A DNA stretch of 64,000 nucleotides from Candidatus Stoquefichus sp. SB1. GTDB lineage: Bacteria > Bacillota_I > Bacilli_A > Erysipelotrichales > Coprobacillaceae. The notes under the pieces were generated by a model that saw nothing but the letters and a program-made list of their open reading frames with translations, ran no database searches and had not been told where the DNA came from. Made by a program: the position numbers and the translations under genes. Location of the stretch: positions 11,631 through 75,630 of the forward strand of contig NZ_LN852693.1 in the NCBI RefSeq assembly GCF_001244545.1, given 5' to 3'. Positions 28,527 to 38,424 of this stretch are shown here, piece by piece. Position 1 is the stretch's first letter, and every line of letters begins with the position of its first letter.

Positions 28527-29897
28527 ATGGAAAGAGAAAAATTCTCATCGCGTTTAGGCTTTATTTTAATTTCAGCTGGATGTGCTATTGGTTTAGGAAA
28601 TGTTTGGCGTTTTCCTTATGTTGTAGGACAATATGGTGGAGCAATATTTGTACTTATTTATTTATTGTTTCTTGTGCTTTTAGGAGCACCTATTATGACA
28701 ATGGAATTTGCAGTTGGACGAGCAAGTCAAAAAAGTGCTGTGAAAGCTTTTGAAACCATTACACCTGATAAACCTAAGTGGAAATATATTGGTTATTTCC
28801 AATCAGCTGGTAATTATATGCTGATGATGTTTTATACAACTGTTGGTGGATGGATGATTGCTTATTTTTTTAAGATGTTAAATGGTGAGTTTCAAGGTAT
28901 TTCACCTCAAGGTGTGACTGATATATTTAATCAATCTTTACAAGATCCATTTATGCAGGTTTTCTGGATGATTGTTGTTGTGGCTTTAGGATTTGGTATT
29001 TGTTCATTAGGATTACAAAATGGTGTTGAAAAAATGACTAAAATCATGATGTCATCTTTATTTGTTATTATTATTGTTTTGATTGTAAGAGCTGTGACTT
29101 TACCTGGTGGAGGTGAAGGGTTGGCTTTTTATTTGATTCCTAATTTGGATTCTATATCTCAATATGGGTTATTGGAAGTGATTTTTGCGGCAATGGGACA
29201 AGCATTCTTTACACTGAGTTTAGGGATTGGTGCTATTGCTATATTTGGAAGTTATATTGGTAAAGAACGTCGTTTATTTGGTGAAACATTAAATGTTTGT
29301 GTTTTAGATACTGTTGTTGCTATTTGTTCTGGTTTAATTATTTTTCCAGCTTGTTTTGCATTTGGTGTAAATCCAGAAAGTGGACCTGGGCTTGTCTTTA
29401 TTACTTTACCAAGTATTTTTAATGAAATGTGGCTAGGTCAAGTTTGGGGCTGTTTATTTTTTGTTTTTATGAGTTTTGCAGCTTTATCAACAATTGTCGC
29501 TGTTTTTGAAAATATTATTTCTTTTGGAATGGATTTATTTGATTGGTCAAGAAAGAAATCTGTTATTGTGAATTTGATTTTGATATTGATTTTATCACTG
29601 CCATGTGCTTTAGGATTTAATGTTTTGAGTCATTTGAATCCTTTTGGAGCGGGAACTTATATTCAGGATTTAGAAGATTTTCTTGTTACATATAATTTCT
29701 TGCCATTAGGTTCGTTGGCTTATTTGATTTATTGTACATCAAGATATGGCTGGGGATTTGAGAATTTCTTAGCTGAAGCCAATACAGGAGCAGGCTTAAA
29801 ATTTCCAAAATGGATCAAAGTTTATTTAAAATATATTTTACCATGCATTATTATCTTTATTTTTATACAAGGTTATTGGACATTTTTTATGAAATAA
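28527..29897 (+). CDS. sodium-dependent transporter, NSS/SNF family
   Basis: GFILISAGCAIGLGNVWRFPY is the NSS signature. 456 aa with about 11 TM helices. Confidence 0.8.
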   Translation: MEREKFSSRLGFILISAGCAIGLGNVWRFPYVVGQYGGAIFVLIYLLFLVLLGAPIMTMEFAVGRASQKSAVKAFETITPDKPKWKYIGYFQSAGNYMLMMFYTTVGGWMIAYFFKMLNGEFQGISPQGVTDIFNQSLQDPFMQVFWMIVVVALGFGICSLGLQNGVEKMTKIMMSSLFVIIIVLIVRAVTLPGGGEGLAFYLIPNLDSISQYGLLEVIFAAMGQAFFTLSLGIGAIAIFGSYIGKERRLFGETLNVCVLDTVVAICSGLIIFPACFAFGVNPESGPGLVFITLPSIFNEMWLGQVWGCLFFVFMSFAALSTIVAVFENIISFGMDLFDWSRKKSVIVNLILILILSLPCALGFNVLSHLNPFGAGTYIQDLEDFLVTYNFLPLGSLAYLIYCTSRYGWGFENFLAEANTGAGLKFPKWIKVYLKYILPCIIIFIFIQGYWTFFMK

Positions 29898-29985
29898 GAT
29901 ACTTCATATTGAGGTATCTTTTTTTATATACCTCTTGACACATTATACTATGTAATGTATAGTATAAGACATAAGGAGGTATATA

Positions 29986-30303
29986 ATGGATACACAACTT
30001 AAAAAAGGTTTTCTGGAATTTTGTGTTTTAGCAAGTTTGGTTCGCCATGATTCGTATGGCTATCAAATTATTAAAGATGTCAGTCAATGTATAGATATAT
30101 CTGAATCGACACTTTATCCAATTCTTAAAAGATTAGAGAATCATGATTATGTAGAAACTTATACTGTAGAACATAATGGTCGCTTAAGAAAATATTATCA
30201 ACTCACATTAACTGGAAAAACACATTTAAAAGATTTTTTAAATGGCTGGGATCAAATAGAAAATATTTATCATTATATAGAAGGGGAGTTAAACAATGAC
30301 TAA
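29986..30303 (+). CDS. PadR family transcriptional regulator
   Basis: 105 aa with a winged HTH (GYQIIKDV...STLYPILKRLE). Confidence 0.8.
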   Translation: MDTQLKKGFLEFCVLASLVRHDSYGYQIIKDVSQCIDISESTLYPILKRLENHDYVETYTVEHNGRLRKYYQLTLTGKTHLKDFLNGWDQIENIYHYIEGELNND

Positions 30304-30892
30304 ACAAGCATTTATTGAAAAATTAGAAGCGGAATTAAAAGATGAAACTTATAGTACTGTCACACAAGTGATGAACTATTATGAAGAAATGATTGCTGAT
30401 TTGATTGAAGATGGATATAGTGAAGAAGATGCTATATCAAAATTAGGAAGTATTGAAGAAGCAGTCGCAAATGTGAAAGGAGAAGAAGTTGTTGAAATTA
30501 AAAAAATGAAAACAACAACTTCAGCGTGGGTAAGTGTTTTATTGGTTTTAGGATTTCCACTTTGGGGATCACTTATGGCAGCTGGATTATGCTTATTGTT
30601 GTCAGCATATATTATTGTTTGGTGTATACCAATAATGACTGTTGCTTTTGGAATTGCTGGGTCTTTGGGATTTTTAATAGGTATTTTTGGTTCATTCCCT
30701 TTGTTTATTGAATCTATTTCTTTAGGGGTGACACAACTTGGAGTGAGTGCCATTTTTGGGGCTGTTGGACTTTTGGGAATTGCCTTGACATATCGTGTTT
30801 CAGGAACTATTTTTGAAAATTCTAAAAAAATGACAGTGACAGTGAAAATGTTCTGTCTTCAAACATTAAGAAAGGTGGGAATTGTATGTTAA
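30296..30892 (+). CDS. DUF1700-like membrane protein, the usual PadR partner
   Basis: An N-terminal soluble alpha-helical region followed by a TM bundle. It overlaps the PadR stop. Confidence 0.55.
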   Translation: MTKQAFIEKLEAELKDETYSTVTQVMNYYEEMIADLIEDGYSEEDAISKLGSIEEAVANVKGEEVVEIKKMKTTTSAWVSVLLVLGFPLWGSLMAAGLCLLLSAYIIVWCIPIMTVAFGIAGSLGFLIGIFGSFPLFIESISLGVTQLGVSAIFGAVGLLGIALTYRVSGTIFENSKKMTVTVKMFCLQTLRKVGIVC

Positions 30893-31146
30893 AATCAATG
30901 AGTATGCATAAACTGGTTGTTCCAGTTATTGGGTTGCTTTTAGGAATTGGTGTTATTTTGACTGGAATTGGTTTTGCTATGGAAAGAAATATTGATTATT
31001 TAAAAGAAGAAGGAAGCCATAAATGGTATCAGATTATCTATGTTAATCAAAACGGAGATTTGAGAGTGGGGATTAGTTTTGGGGAGTTTGATGATTTAGA
31101 TATTCCTCATGCTCCATCAGCACCACAGGCACCAGTCGCACCTTAA
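30886..31146 (+). CDS. small membrane protein with Pro/Ala-rich C-terminus
   Basis: 86 aa. Translationally coupled, overlapping the upstream gene by 7 nt. Confidence 0.4.
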   Translation: MLKSMSMHKLVVPVIGLLLGIGVILTGIGFAMERNIDYLKEEGSHKWYQIIYVNQNGDLRVGISFGEFDDLDIPHAPSAPQAPVAP

Positions 31147-31271
31147 TAGATTGATTGAAGAGGAATGAAGTTTCCTCTTTTTTTTGTGGAATACGATTTT
31201 GTCGATATTTGTTGCCTAGATGAATGACTAAGTGGTAAAATATATACATAAGATAGATACGGAGGGAAATT

Positions 31272-32729
31272 ATGGAAATACTATTAGAAAATATGCCTGT
31301 TGTTATTGGGGTGCTTGTTGCTATTGTTGTATTGATCATTATCGTTACGGGATATGTGAAGGCTTCACCTGATACAGCATATATTATTTCAGGGTTACGT
31401 AAAGAACCAAAAGTTTTAATTGGAAAAGCTGGTATTAAGATTCCTTTTTTAGAAAAAAAGGATGAATTAAACTTACAGTTAATTCCTATTGATGTGAAAA
31501 CATCAAATGCGGTTCCAACTGCTGATTATATTAATATTAATGTCGATGCAGCTGTTAATATTAAGATTAGTGATGATTCAGAAAGATTAAATCTTGCTGC
31601 TCAAAACTTCTTGAATAAGCCAGTTGAATATATTGCAAATGTAGCAAGAGAAGTTCTTGAAGGGAATATGCGTGAGATTGTAGGACGTATGAACTTAGAA
31701 GAAATGGTTTCCGATCGTCAAAAATTTGCTGAATTGGTAAAAGAAAATGCAGAACCAGATTTAGCGAAGATGGGATTAGATATTGTCTCATTTAATGTTC
31801 AAAATTTTGTTGATGGTAATGGTGTTATTGAAAACTTAGGGGTAGATAACATTGTTAAGATTCAAAAAAATGCTGCGATTTCTCGTGCTGTCAGTGAAAG
31901 AGATATTGCTCAGGCACAGGCCAAAGCATCACAAGAAGCAAATGATGCGAAAATCGCTGCTGAAACGATTATTGCTGAAAAGAATAATGAATTAGCAATT
32001 AAAAAAGCAGAACTTAAAAAAATTGCTGATGCTAAACAGGCAGAAGCTGATGCAGCTTATAAGATTCAAGAAGAACAATCTCGTAAATCAATAGAAATTG
32101 CAACTGCTGATGCCAATATCATGAAGCAGGAAAAGGAAATTGAATTAAGACGTAAAGATGTAGAAGTCACTGAACAAGAATTAGAAGCAAAGATTAAAAA
32201 ACAAGCTGAAGCTGAAAAATTCGCTGCTGCCCAAAGAGCAGATGCAGAATTATATAAACGTCAAAAAGATGCCGAAGCTCAATTATTTGAAATGCAAAAA
32301 GATGCTGAAGCCCAAAAGGCTCAGGCAGAAGCTGTGAAATATCAAATGGAACAGGAAGCTGCTGGTATTCAAGCCAAAGGTGAAGCAGAAGCCAAAGCGA
32401 TTGAAGCAAAAGGAATGGCAGAAGCTGAAGCATTGAATAAAAAGGCTGATGCTATGAAGAAATATGGTGAAGCAGCTGTAATGGAAATGTATTTTAATAT
32501 GTTACCTAAAGCTGTTGAAGCAGCCGCTAAACCACTTCAAAATGTTGATAAAATCACAATGTATGGTGAAGGAAACAGTGCCAAATTAGTTTCTGATATT
32601 GTGACAACTGCAACTCAGGTTAGTGAAGGAATGAATGAATCTATTGGGATTGATTTGAAGAGTTTATTAGCTGGTTTCTTAGGTGGAAAGATTGCTTCAA
32701 ATGATGATAAAGATGATGACAAGTCATAA
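31272..32729 (+). CDS. flotillin family protein (SPFH domain, FloT/YuaG-like)
   Basis: An N-terminal TM helix, an SPFH domain, and a long Ala/Glu/Lys-rich coiled-coil (flotillin) region. Confidence 0.8.
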   Translation: MEILLENMPVVIGVLVAIVVLIIIVTGYVKASPDTAYIISGLRKEPKVLIGKAGIKIPFLEKKDELNLQLIPIDVKTSNAVPTADYININVDAAVNIKISDDSERLNLAAQNFLNKPVEYIANVAREVLEGNMREIVGRMNLEEMVSDRQKFAELVKENAEPDLAKMGLDIVSFNVQNFVDGNGVIENLGVDNIVKIQKNAAISRAVSERDIAQAQAKASQEANDAKIAAETIIAEKNNELAIKKAELKKIADAKQAEADAAYKIQEEQSRKSIEIATADANIMKQEKEIELRRKDVEVTEQELEAKIKKQAEAEKFAAAQRADAELYKRQKDAEAQLFEMQKDAEAQKAQAEAVKYQMEQEAAGIQAKGEAEAKAIEAKGMAEAEALNKKADAMKKYGEAAVMEMYFNMLPKAVEAAAKPLQNVDKITMYGEGNSAKLVSDIVTTATQVSEGMNESIGIDLKSLLAGFLGGKIASNDDKDDDKS

Positions 32730-32741
32730 GAATAAAAAGAT

Positions 32742-32783
32742 ATCAGTATAGAGTATCAGTATTGACTCTATACTGATTTTGTT
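32742..32783 (+). terminator. intrinsic terminator after the flotillin gene
   Basis: Perfect 13-bp stem ATCAGTATAGAGT / ACTCTATACTGAT with a 10-nt loop, followed by TTTGTT. Confidence 0.6.
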
Positions 32784-32807
32784 AGGTAGGAAAAAAAGGA
32801 GATATAT

Positions 32808-33695
32808 ATGCAATCTATTCCAGCAAAAACTATTTTAAGTAAGAATAAATATCCTCATTATTGGTTTGGAAATGATTATAATATGAATTTATATCGTGGT
32901 TGTCATCATGGCTGTATATATTGTGATAGCCGTAGTGAGTGTTATCAAAATGATGAATTTGATATAGTGAAAGTGAAGGAAAATGCTTTAGATATTTTAA
33001 ATCGTGAATTGATGAAGAAAAAAACAAAAGGTGTTATTGGTATTGGTGCTATGAGTGATAGCTATAATGGTTTTGAAAAAGATATGCAAGTGACTCGTGG
33101 TGCTTTAAAACTTATTCGTGATTATCATTTTGGTGTTTCATTAGAGACAAAAAGTGATTTGGTTATAAGAGATATTGATTTGTTTTTGGATATTCAAAAA
33201 TATAATGATGTTATTATAAAAATGACCATTACAACTTTTGATGATGAATTATCAAAAATCATAGAACCACATGTGAGTGTATCTTCAAAACGCTTTGAAG
33301 CCATTCAAAAAATGAGTGAAGCGGGAATATTCACAGGTATTTTAATGCATCCTATCTTACCCTTTATCAATGATACTGAAGAAAATGTTAAAGAAATGGT
33401 GAGACTCGCTCATATTCATAAAGCAAAGTTTATTCATTCATATTTTGGAGTCACTTTAAGAGATCGACAAAGAGATTATTATTATCAAAAATTAGATGAA
33501 CATTTTCCTGGCCTTAAAGAAAAATATCTCAAACGCTATGGTGTGAGATATGAGTGTCGTAGTAAAAATAGTCAGCATTTACAATATGTATTTCAAAAAG
33601 AATGTCAAAAATATGGTTTATTATATAAGATGGAAGATATTATCAATGCTTATAAAAAACATCAAATAAAAACAGAGCAATTATCTTTGTTTTAA
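32808..33695 (+). CDS. SPL-family radical SAM protein (SplB/COG1533-like), copy 1
   Basis: CHHGCIYC (CxxxCxxC). The overall layout matches the spore-photoproduct-lyase-like family. Confidence 0.65.
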   Translation: MQSIPAKTILSKNKYPHYWFGNDYNMNLYRGCHHGCIYCDSRSECYQNDEFDIVKVKENALDILNRELMKKKTKGVIGIGAMSDSYNGFEKDMQVTRGALKLIRDYHFGVSLETKSDLVIRDIDLFLDIQKYNDVIIKMTITTFDDELSKIIEPHVSVSSKRFEAIQKMSEAGIFTGILMHPILPFINDTEENVKEMVRLAHIHKAKFIHSYFGVTLRDRQRDYYYQKLDEHFPGLKEKYLKRYGVRYECRSKNSQHLQYVFQKECQKYGLLYKMEDIINAYKKHQIKTEQLSLF

Positions 33696-34567
33696 TCTGT
33701 AACAGGACTTGATAAAGGATGACGAGAGTCATTCTTTTTGTCATAACTGATTTTATTTTGAATATTTTCTTCATAATCTTTTTGGAAAATACCTGAGAAA
33801 ATAACATTCATTAAGTATTCCATTGAAGCTTGTGAAGCAAATGGAGCAATTTTTGTAAAAATCTTTTCACGTGAGCCAATATTTAAAATATAATCAGCAT
33901 AATGCGATAAACGATTATCCCCAATAGAAGTCAAAACAATTAAAGGGGTCTTTTTTTCTTTAAGTGTTTGAGCAATTTGAATCACTTCATTTGTTTCACC
34001 GGAATAAGAAATAATCATTGCTATTCTATCATGATTAGTATTGTAAGACATAAATATTTGTTCTCCATGTAAAACTCTGAGATTAACATCTCTAGAAATT
34101 CTCATCATCTTGTGTTGAAAACTCATAGCTGCTAATAACGAATTCCCTGAACCATAAATATCAATAGTCGGATATTGATAAATCAAATCAATAATATGTT
34201 CAAGTTGTTGAAAATCAATTAATTTAATTGTATCAGCAATAACCTCTTGAGATAAAGTTGCAAGTTTATGACAAATAATTGGGTAGGAATCTTCCTTGTC
34301 AAAAGGAAAATTGACATCAATACGATCAGTATGATGCAAATCATATTGAAGTTCAGCAGAATATTTAATTTTAAAATCATTATATCCATCAAGACCGATT
34401 TTTTTGCATAATCTCACAATTGTTGCAGGCGATGTATAAGTATGTTGTGCCAGTTGTTTAACAGACATGCTTAAAACATCATCACCATGATTTAAAATAT
34501 ATCTAGCAATTTCTTTTTCTGAATCAGAGAACTCAAGTTCAAATTCTAATTGTGTCATTATACTCAT
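33692..34567 (-). CDS. MurR/RpiR family transcriptional regulator
   Basis: An N-terminal HTH_6 plus a SIS domain. It is divergent from the first GH1 gene. Confidence 0.8.
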   Translation of the reverse strand: MSIMTQLEFELEFSDSEKEIARYILNHGDDVLSMSVKQLAQHTYTSPATIVRLCKKIGLDGYNDFKIKYSAELQYDLHHTDRIDVNFPFDKEDSYPIICHKLATLSQEVIADTIKLIDFQQLEHIIDLIYQYPTIDIYGSGNSLLAAMSFQHKMMRISRDVNLRVLHGEQIFMSYNTNHDRIAMIISYSGETNEVIQIAQTLKEKKTPLIVLTSIGDNRLSHYADYILNIGSREKIFTKIAPFASQASMEYLMNVIFSGIFQKDYEENIQNKISYDKKNDSRHPLSSPVTD

Positions 34568-34592
34568 TTTTTATCACCATTATTAGTATATC

Positions 34593-34609
34593 ATGAAACA
34601 AAGTTTCAT
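34593..34609. promoter_or_regulatory. candidate operator palindrome ATGAAAC-AAA-GTTTCAT
   Basis: A perfect 7-3-7 inverted repeat in the divergent rpiR / GH1 control region. It recurs upstream of the second GH1 gene. Confidence 0.45.
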
Positions 34610-34721
34610 AAAAGTGAGATTTTATGAAATGATTATGAAAAAAATTTGAAACAGTTCGATATCTGTTTACCATCATCATGTTTTCCAATATAATGAAAGT
34701 ATAGAAACAGGAGGAATAAAA

Positions 34722-36122
34722 ATGACAATTAAATTACCTAAAGATTTTTTCTTTGGTGCAGCAATGTCTGGACCACAAACTGAAGGAAGCTGGAATGTTG
34801 GTGGCCGACTTCGTTCTTATTGGGATATGTATTCAGATATGGAAATCAATGCTTTTCATAATAATGTCGGTTCTTATGTTGGAAATGATATGTATCATAA
34901 ATATAAAGAAGATATTCAATTATTAAAAAGTATGAATTTTAAATCTTTTAGAACATCAATGCAGTGGACAAGACTTTTAGATCAAGATGGAAACATTAAT
35001 CCTGAAGGGGCAGCCTGGTATCATCAATTAATTGATTGTGCTAATGATAATGGCATTGATATTTATATGAATATGTATCATTTTGATATGCCTGAATACT
35101 TAATTAAACGTGGTGGCTGGCAAAATAGAGAAGTTGTTGAAGCTTATGCTAATTTTGTTAAAAAAGCAATGGAAGAATTTGGAACAAAAGTCAAATACTG
35201 GTTTACTTTTAATGAACCTATTGTTGAACCAGAACAACAATTTTTACATGGCGTGTGGTATCCATATCAAAAAGATTTTAAACAATCAATTAATGTTCAA
35301 TACAATATCACATTAGCACATTGTTTAGCAGTGATGAATTTTAGAAAACTTCAAAAAGAAGGAAAATTAATAGAAGGTGCAAAAATTGGAATGATTAACT
35401 GTTTTGCGCCACCTTATACAAAAGAAAATCCTTCACCAGAAGATTTAGAAGCTGTTCGTATGACAGATGGATTACATAATCGTTGGTGGTTAGATGTTGT
35501 TGCTCATGGACATTTACCTGAAGATGTTATTGATACAGTAGAAAATGACTGGAAAGTAGAAATCAATAGACGTCCAGGTGATGAAGCAATTCTTGCTCAA
35601 GGTAAAGTTGACTGGTTAGGATTCAATTACTACCAGCCTACAAGAGTTCAGGCTCCTGATTCAAAATTTGATGAAAATGGTTTGCCATGTATTTCTAAAC
35701 CATATATTTGGCCTGAAAGAAAGATGAATGTTCATCGTGGATGGGAAATTTATCCAAAAGGTATTTATGATTTTGGTATGAAAATCAAAAAAGAATGTCC
35801 TGATTTACCATTCTTTATTTCAGAAAATGGAATGGGTGTTGAAGGTGAAGAAAAATTCATGGATGAGGATGGTATCATACAAGATGATTATCGTATTGAA
35901 TTTGTAAGAGATCATTTAGAATGGATTGCAAAATCAATTGAAGATGGAGCCAATTGCTTAGGATATCATTATTGGGGAGCAATTGATAACTGGTCTTGGT
36001 GTAATGCATTTAAAAATCGTTATGGATTTGTAAGAGTTTGCTTAGATGATGGTTATAAACGTAAAGAAAAGAAATCTGCTTCATGGATAAGAGAAGTTGC
36101 AAGAACAAATGAATTTGAATAA
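34722..36122 (+). CDS. 6-phospho-beta-glucosidase (glycoside hydrolase family 1)
   Basis: 466 aa with the GH1 motifs (TFNEP, ITENG-like ISENGMG). Confidence 0.8.
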   Translation: MTIKLPKDFFFGAAMSGPQTEGSWNVGGRLRSYWDMYSDMEINAFHNNVGSYVGNDMYHKYKEDIQLLKSMNFKSFRTSMQWTRLLDQDGNINPEGAAWYHQLIDCANDNGIDIYMNMYHFDMPEYLIKRGGWQNREVVEAYANFVKKAMEEFGTKVKYWFTFNEPIVEPEQQFLHGVWYPYQKDFKQSINVQYNITLAHCLAVMNFRKLQKEGKLIEGAKIGMINCFAPPYTKENPSPEDLEAVRMTDGLHNRWWLDVVAHGHLPEDVIDTVENDWKVEINRRPGDEAILAQGKVDWLGFNYYQPTRVQAPDSKFDENGLPCISKPYIWPERKMNVHRGWEIYPKGIYDFGMKIKKECPDLPFFISENGMGVEGEEKFMDEDGIIQDDYRIEFVRDHLEWIAKSIEDGANCLGYHYWGAIDNWSWCNAFKNRYGFVRVCLDDGYKRKEKKSASWIREVARTNEFE

Positions 36123-36128
36123 TGAGTG

Positions 36129-36165
36129 AACCTGAATGAAATCACATTCAGGTTTTCTTTTTTAT
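36129..36165 (+). terminator. intrinsic terminator
   Basis: AACCTGAATG / CATTCAGGTT followed by TTCTTTTTT. Confidence 0.65.
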
Positions 36166-36180
36166 GAAACTTTGTTTCAT
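36164..36180. promoter_or_regulatory. second copy of the operator palindrome ATGAAAC-TTT-GTTTCAT
   Basis: The same 7-3-7 half-sites as at 34593. Confidence 0.45.
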
Positions 36181-36298
36181 GAAATGATGAATTTTTATAT
36201 GAATTATGAAACGATATTATAAAGTCGTTTTTAGATATTTACACTTTTGTTTATTTGAAATACAATGGAAACAGAAAGAATAAGGAGGATATTTTTGA

Positions 36299-37711
36299 AT
36301 GGAAAAGAAAATGCCAAAAGATTTTTATTGGGGTGGATCAGTTTCATCATTTCAAACTGAAGGTGCTAGAGATGAAGGAGGAAAAGGAACTTGTATTTAT
36401 GATGTAAGACCTATGAATCCTGAATTTTCTGATTGGAATGTTGCAATTGATGCTTATCATCGTTATGATGAAGATATTGCGTTAATGAAAGAAATGGGAT
36501 TTAATTTTTATCGTTTCTCTATTTGTTGGTCAAGAATCATTCCTAATGGTTCATTAGATGAACCTGTTAATGAAGAAGGGGTGGCTTTTTATAATAGTTT
36601 AATTGATAAATTATTAGCTGCTGGAATTGAACCAATGATTACATTAGTTCACTTTGATATGCCATATGAATTGGTTAAGAATTATAATGGTTTTGCGTCT
36701 CGTCATGTTGTTGATTGTTTTGAAAGATATGCAAGAGTATGTATTGAAAGATTTGGAGATAGAGTGAAACATTGGATGAGTTTCAATGAACAAAACTTAC
36801 ATGGTATGATGTTAAGAGTTTCTAATGCTGAAGAAATTCCTGAAGGTGTGAGTCTTCCAAAACATTTGTATCAAGTGAATCATAATGTTTTTATTGCTCA
36901 TTGTAAGGCAGTTAAAGCTTTAAGAGAATTACAGCCTGATGCTAAGTTCTGTGGAATGAATGCAGTTACAAATATTTATCCATATACAAATACACCAAAG
37001 AATAACTTATTTGCATGGCAAGCTTATCAATATATGAATGGTTTCCATTGTGATGTTTTTGCCAAAGGAAAATATCCTGATTATATGGTTGCTTACTTAG
37101 AAAATAGAGGATGGATGCCTACATTTGAAGAAGGCGATGATGAATTATTAAAATATACAGTTGATTATATTGCATTTAGTTATTATCGTTCTAATACAAT
37201 TACTGAAGGTGAATTTGATTATGAAAGACCATATCATGAAATTGTAAATGAACATTGTGTAAAAAATCCACACTGTGAAGCTAATGAATGGAATTGGGAA
37301 ATTGATCCAATTGGATTTAGATGGACATTAAATGATTTGGCTGTACGTTCTGATTTACCAGTATTTGTTTTAGAAAATGGTATTGGTTGGCGTGAAGATT
37401 ATACACAAGAAGAAATTGATCAAATGTTAGCAGAAGGAAAAATGATTGAAGATGATTATCGTATCAATTATCATAGAGATCATATTCAAGAAATGAAAAA
37501 TGCGATGTTTGAAGAAGGTGTTAAATGTTTAGGATATATTACATGGGGACCTATTGATATTTTAGCAAGTATGTGTAATATGGATAAACGTTATGGTTTT
37601 GTTTATGTCAATAGAACAAACAAAGATATGAGAGATTTAAAACGTATTCCTAAGAAATCATTTGCTTGGGTGAAAAAAGCATTTGAATCTAACGGTGAAG
37701 ATTTAGATTAA
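36299..37711 (+). CDS. 6-phospho-beta-glucosidase (GH1), second paralogue
   Basis: 470 aa with GH1 motifs (SFNEQ, LENGIG). RBS AGGAGG 9 nt upstream. Confidence 0.8.
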   Translation: MEKKMPKDFYWGGSVSSFQTEGARDEGGKGTCIYDVRPMNPEFSDWNVAIDAYHRYDEDIALMKEMGFNFYRFSICWSRIIPNGSLDEPVNEEGVAFYNSLIDKLLAAGIEPMITLVHFDMPYELVKNYNGFASRHVVDCFERYARVCIERFGDRVKHWMSFNEQNLHGMMLRVSNAEEIPEGVSLPKHLYQVNHNVFIAHCKAVKALRELQPDAKFCGMNAVTNIYPYTNTPKNNLFAWQAYQYMNGFHCDVFAKGKYPDYMVAYLENRGWMPTFEEGDDELLKYTVDYIAFSYYRSNTITEGEFDYERPYHEIVNEHCVKNPHCEANEWNWEIDPIGFRWTLNDLAVRSDLPVFVLENGIGWREDYTQEEIDQMLAEGKMIEDDYRINYHRDHIQEMKNAMFEEGVKCLGYITWGPIDILASMCNMDKRYGFVYVNRTNKDMRDLKRIPKKSFAWVKKAFESNGEDLD

Positions 37712-37857
37712 TATAATGATGAAGGCACATTATTAAAAATGATGTGCTTTTTTTATTTGCTACTAAAAGTTGACAAAGAAAATGGTGCGGTTGCGAAACA
37801 GTTGGTAGACGAATTGATAAGAGTTTGATATGCTTGTCGTATCAAAGGGGGATGTTT

Positions 37858-38406
37858 ATGTTAATTGGAGAAAAAATTAGAGAATTACGAGTTCAAAATC
37901 AATTATCTCAAGAAAGCGTTGCTTATTTATTAGGGGTCAGTCGTCAATCAGTCAGTAAATGGGAACAGGGGTTATCTAAACCAAGTACAGATAACTTATT
38001 AAGGTTATCAGAGATATTTTTAGTATCAGTAGAAGATTTGATTGATAATGATGTTCAATTGAAGAAAGAATATGAATCACCTGACTTTTTTAAAGAATTC
38101 CTCTTTAGAAAAAAAGTTATGATTCCGATAATTATATTCTTAGGATTATTCATTGTTATATTTTTATGTGCAATCGTGATGAAGGGATATCATTATGAAA
38201 CAAATGTTGTTAATTTTATAGCTGGTTTATCAGGCTTTTTCATGTTTTGTGCATATCTTGTTTTCTTAATAACAATTTTAAAATATGTTTATACAGATTG
38301 TAAAATCAGACATATTCAGCCAGTAGGGTATGTACTCTTTTCAATAACTGTTATTGGATTTGTCTTTTATTTATTAATACGGGATAATATTTCGCAAGTA
38401 AATTAA
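37858..38406 (+). CDS. membrane-anchored XRE-family HTH transcriptional regulator
   Basis: An N-terminal HTH (LSQESVAYLLGVSRQSVSKWEQG) followed by three predicted TM helices. Start chosen at ATG 37858 after RBS AAGGGGGA. Confidence 0.65.
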   Translation: MLIGEKIRELRVQNQLSQESVAYLLGVSRQSVSKWEQGLSKPSTDNLLRLSEIFLVSVEDLIDNDVQLKKEYESPDFFKEFLFRKKVMIPIIIFLGLFIVIFLCAIVMKGYHYETNVVNFIAGLSGFFMFCAYLVFLITILKYVYTDCKIRHIQPVGYVLFSITVIGFVFYLLIRDNISQVN

Positions 38407-38424
38407 ATTTTTAGGAGGATATAT

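Noticed and set aside
34647-34670. Second inverted repeat GAAACAG-N8-CTGTTTAC in the rpiR/GH1 intergenic region
   Set aside because: It is shorter and imperfect (6 bp) and the centre is just a GATATC site. It could be a second operator, but the evidence is too thin to call it a feature.
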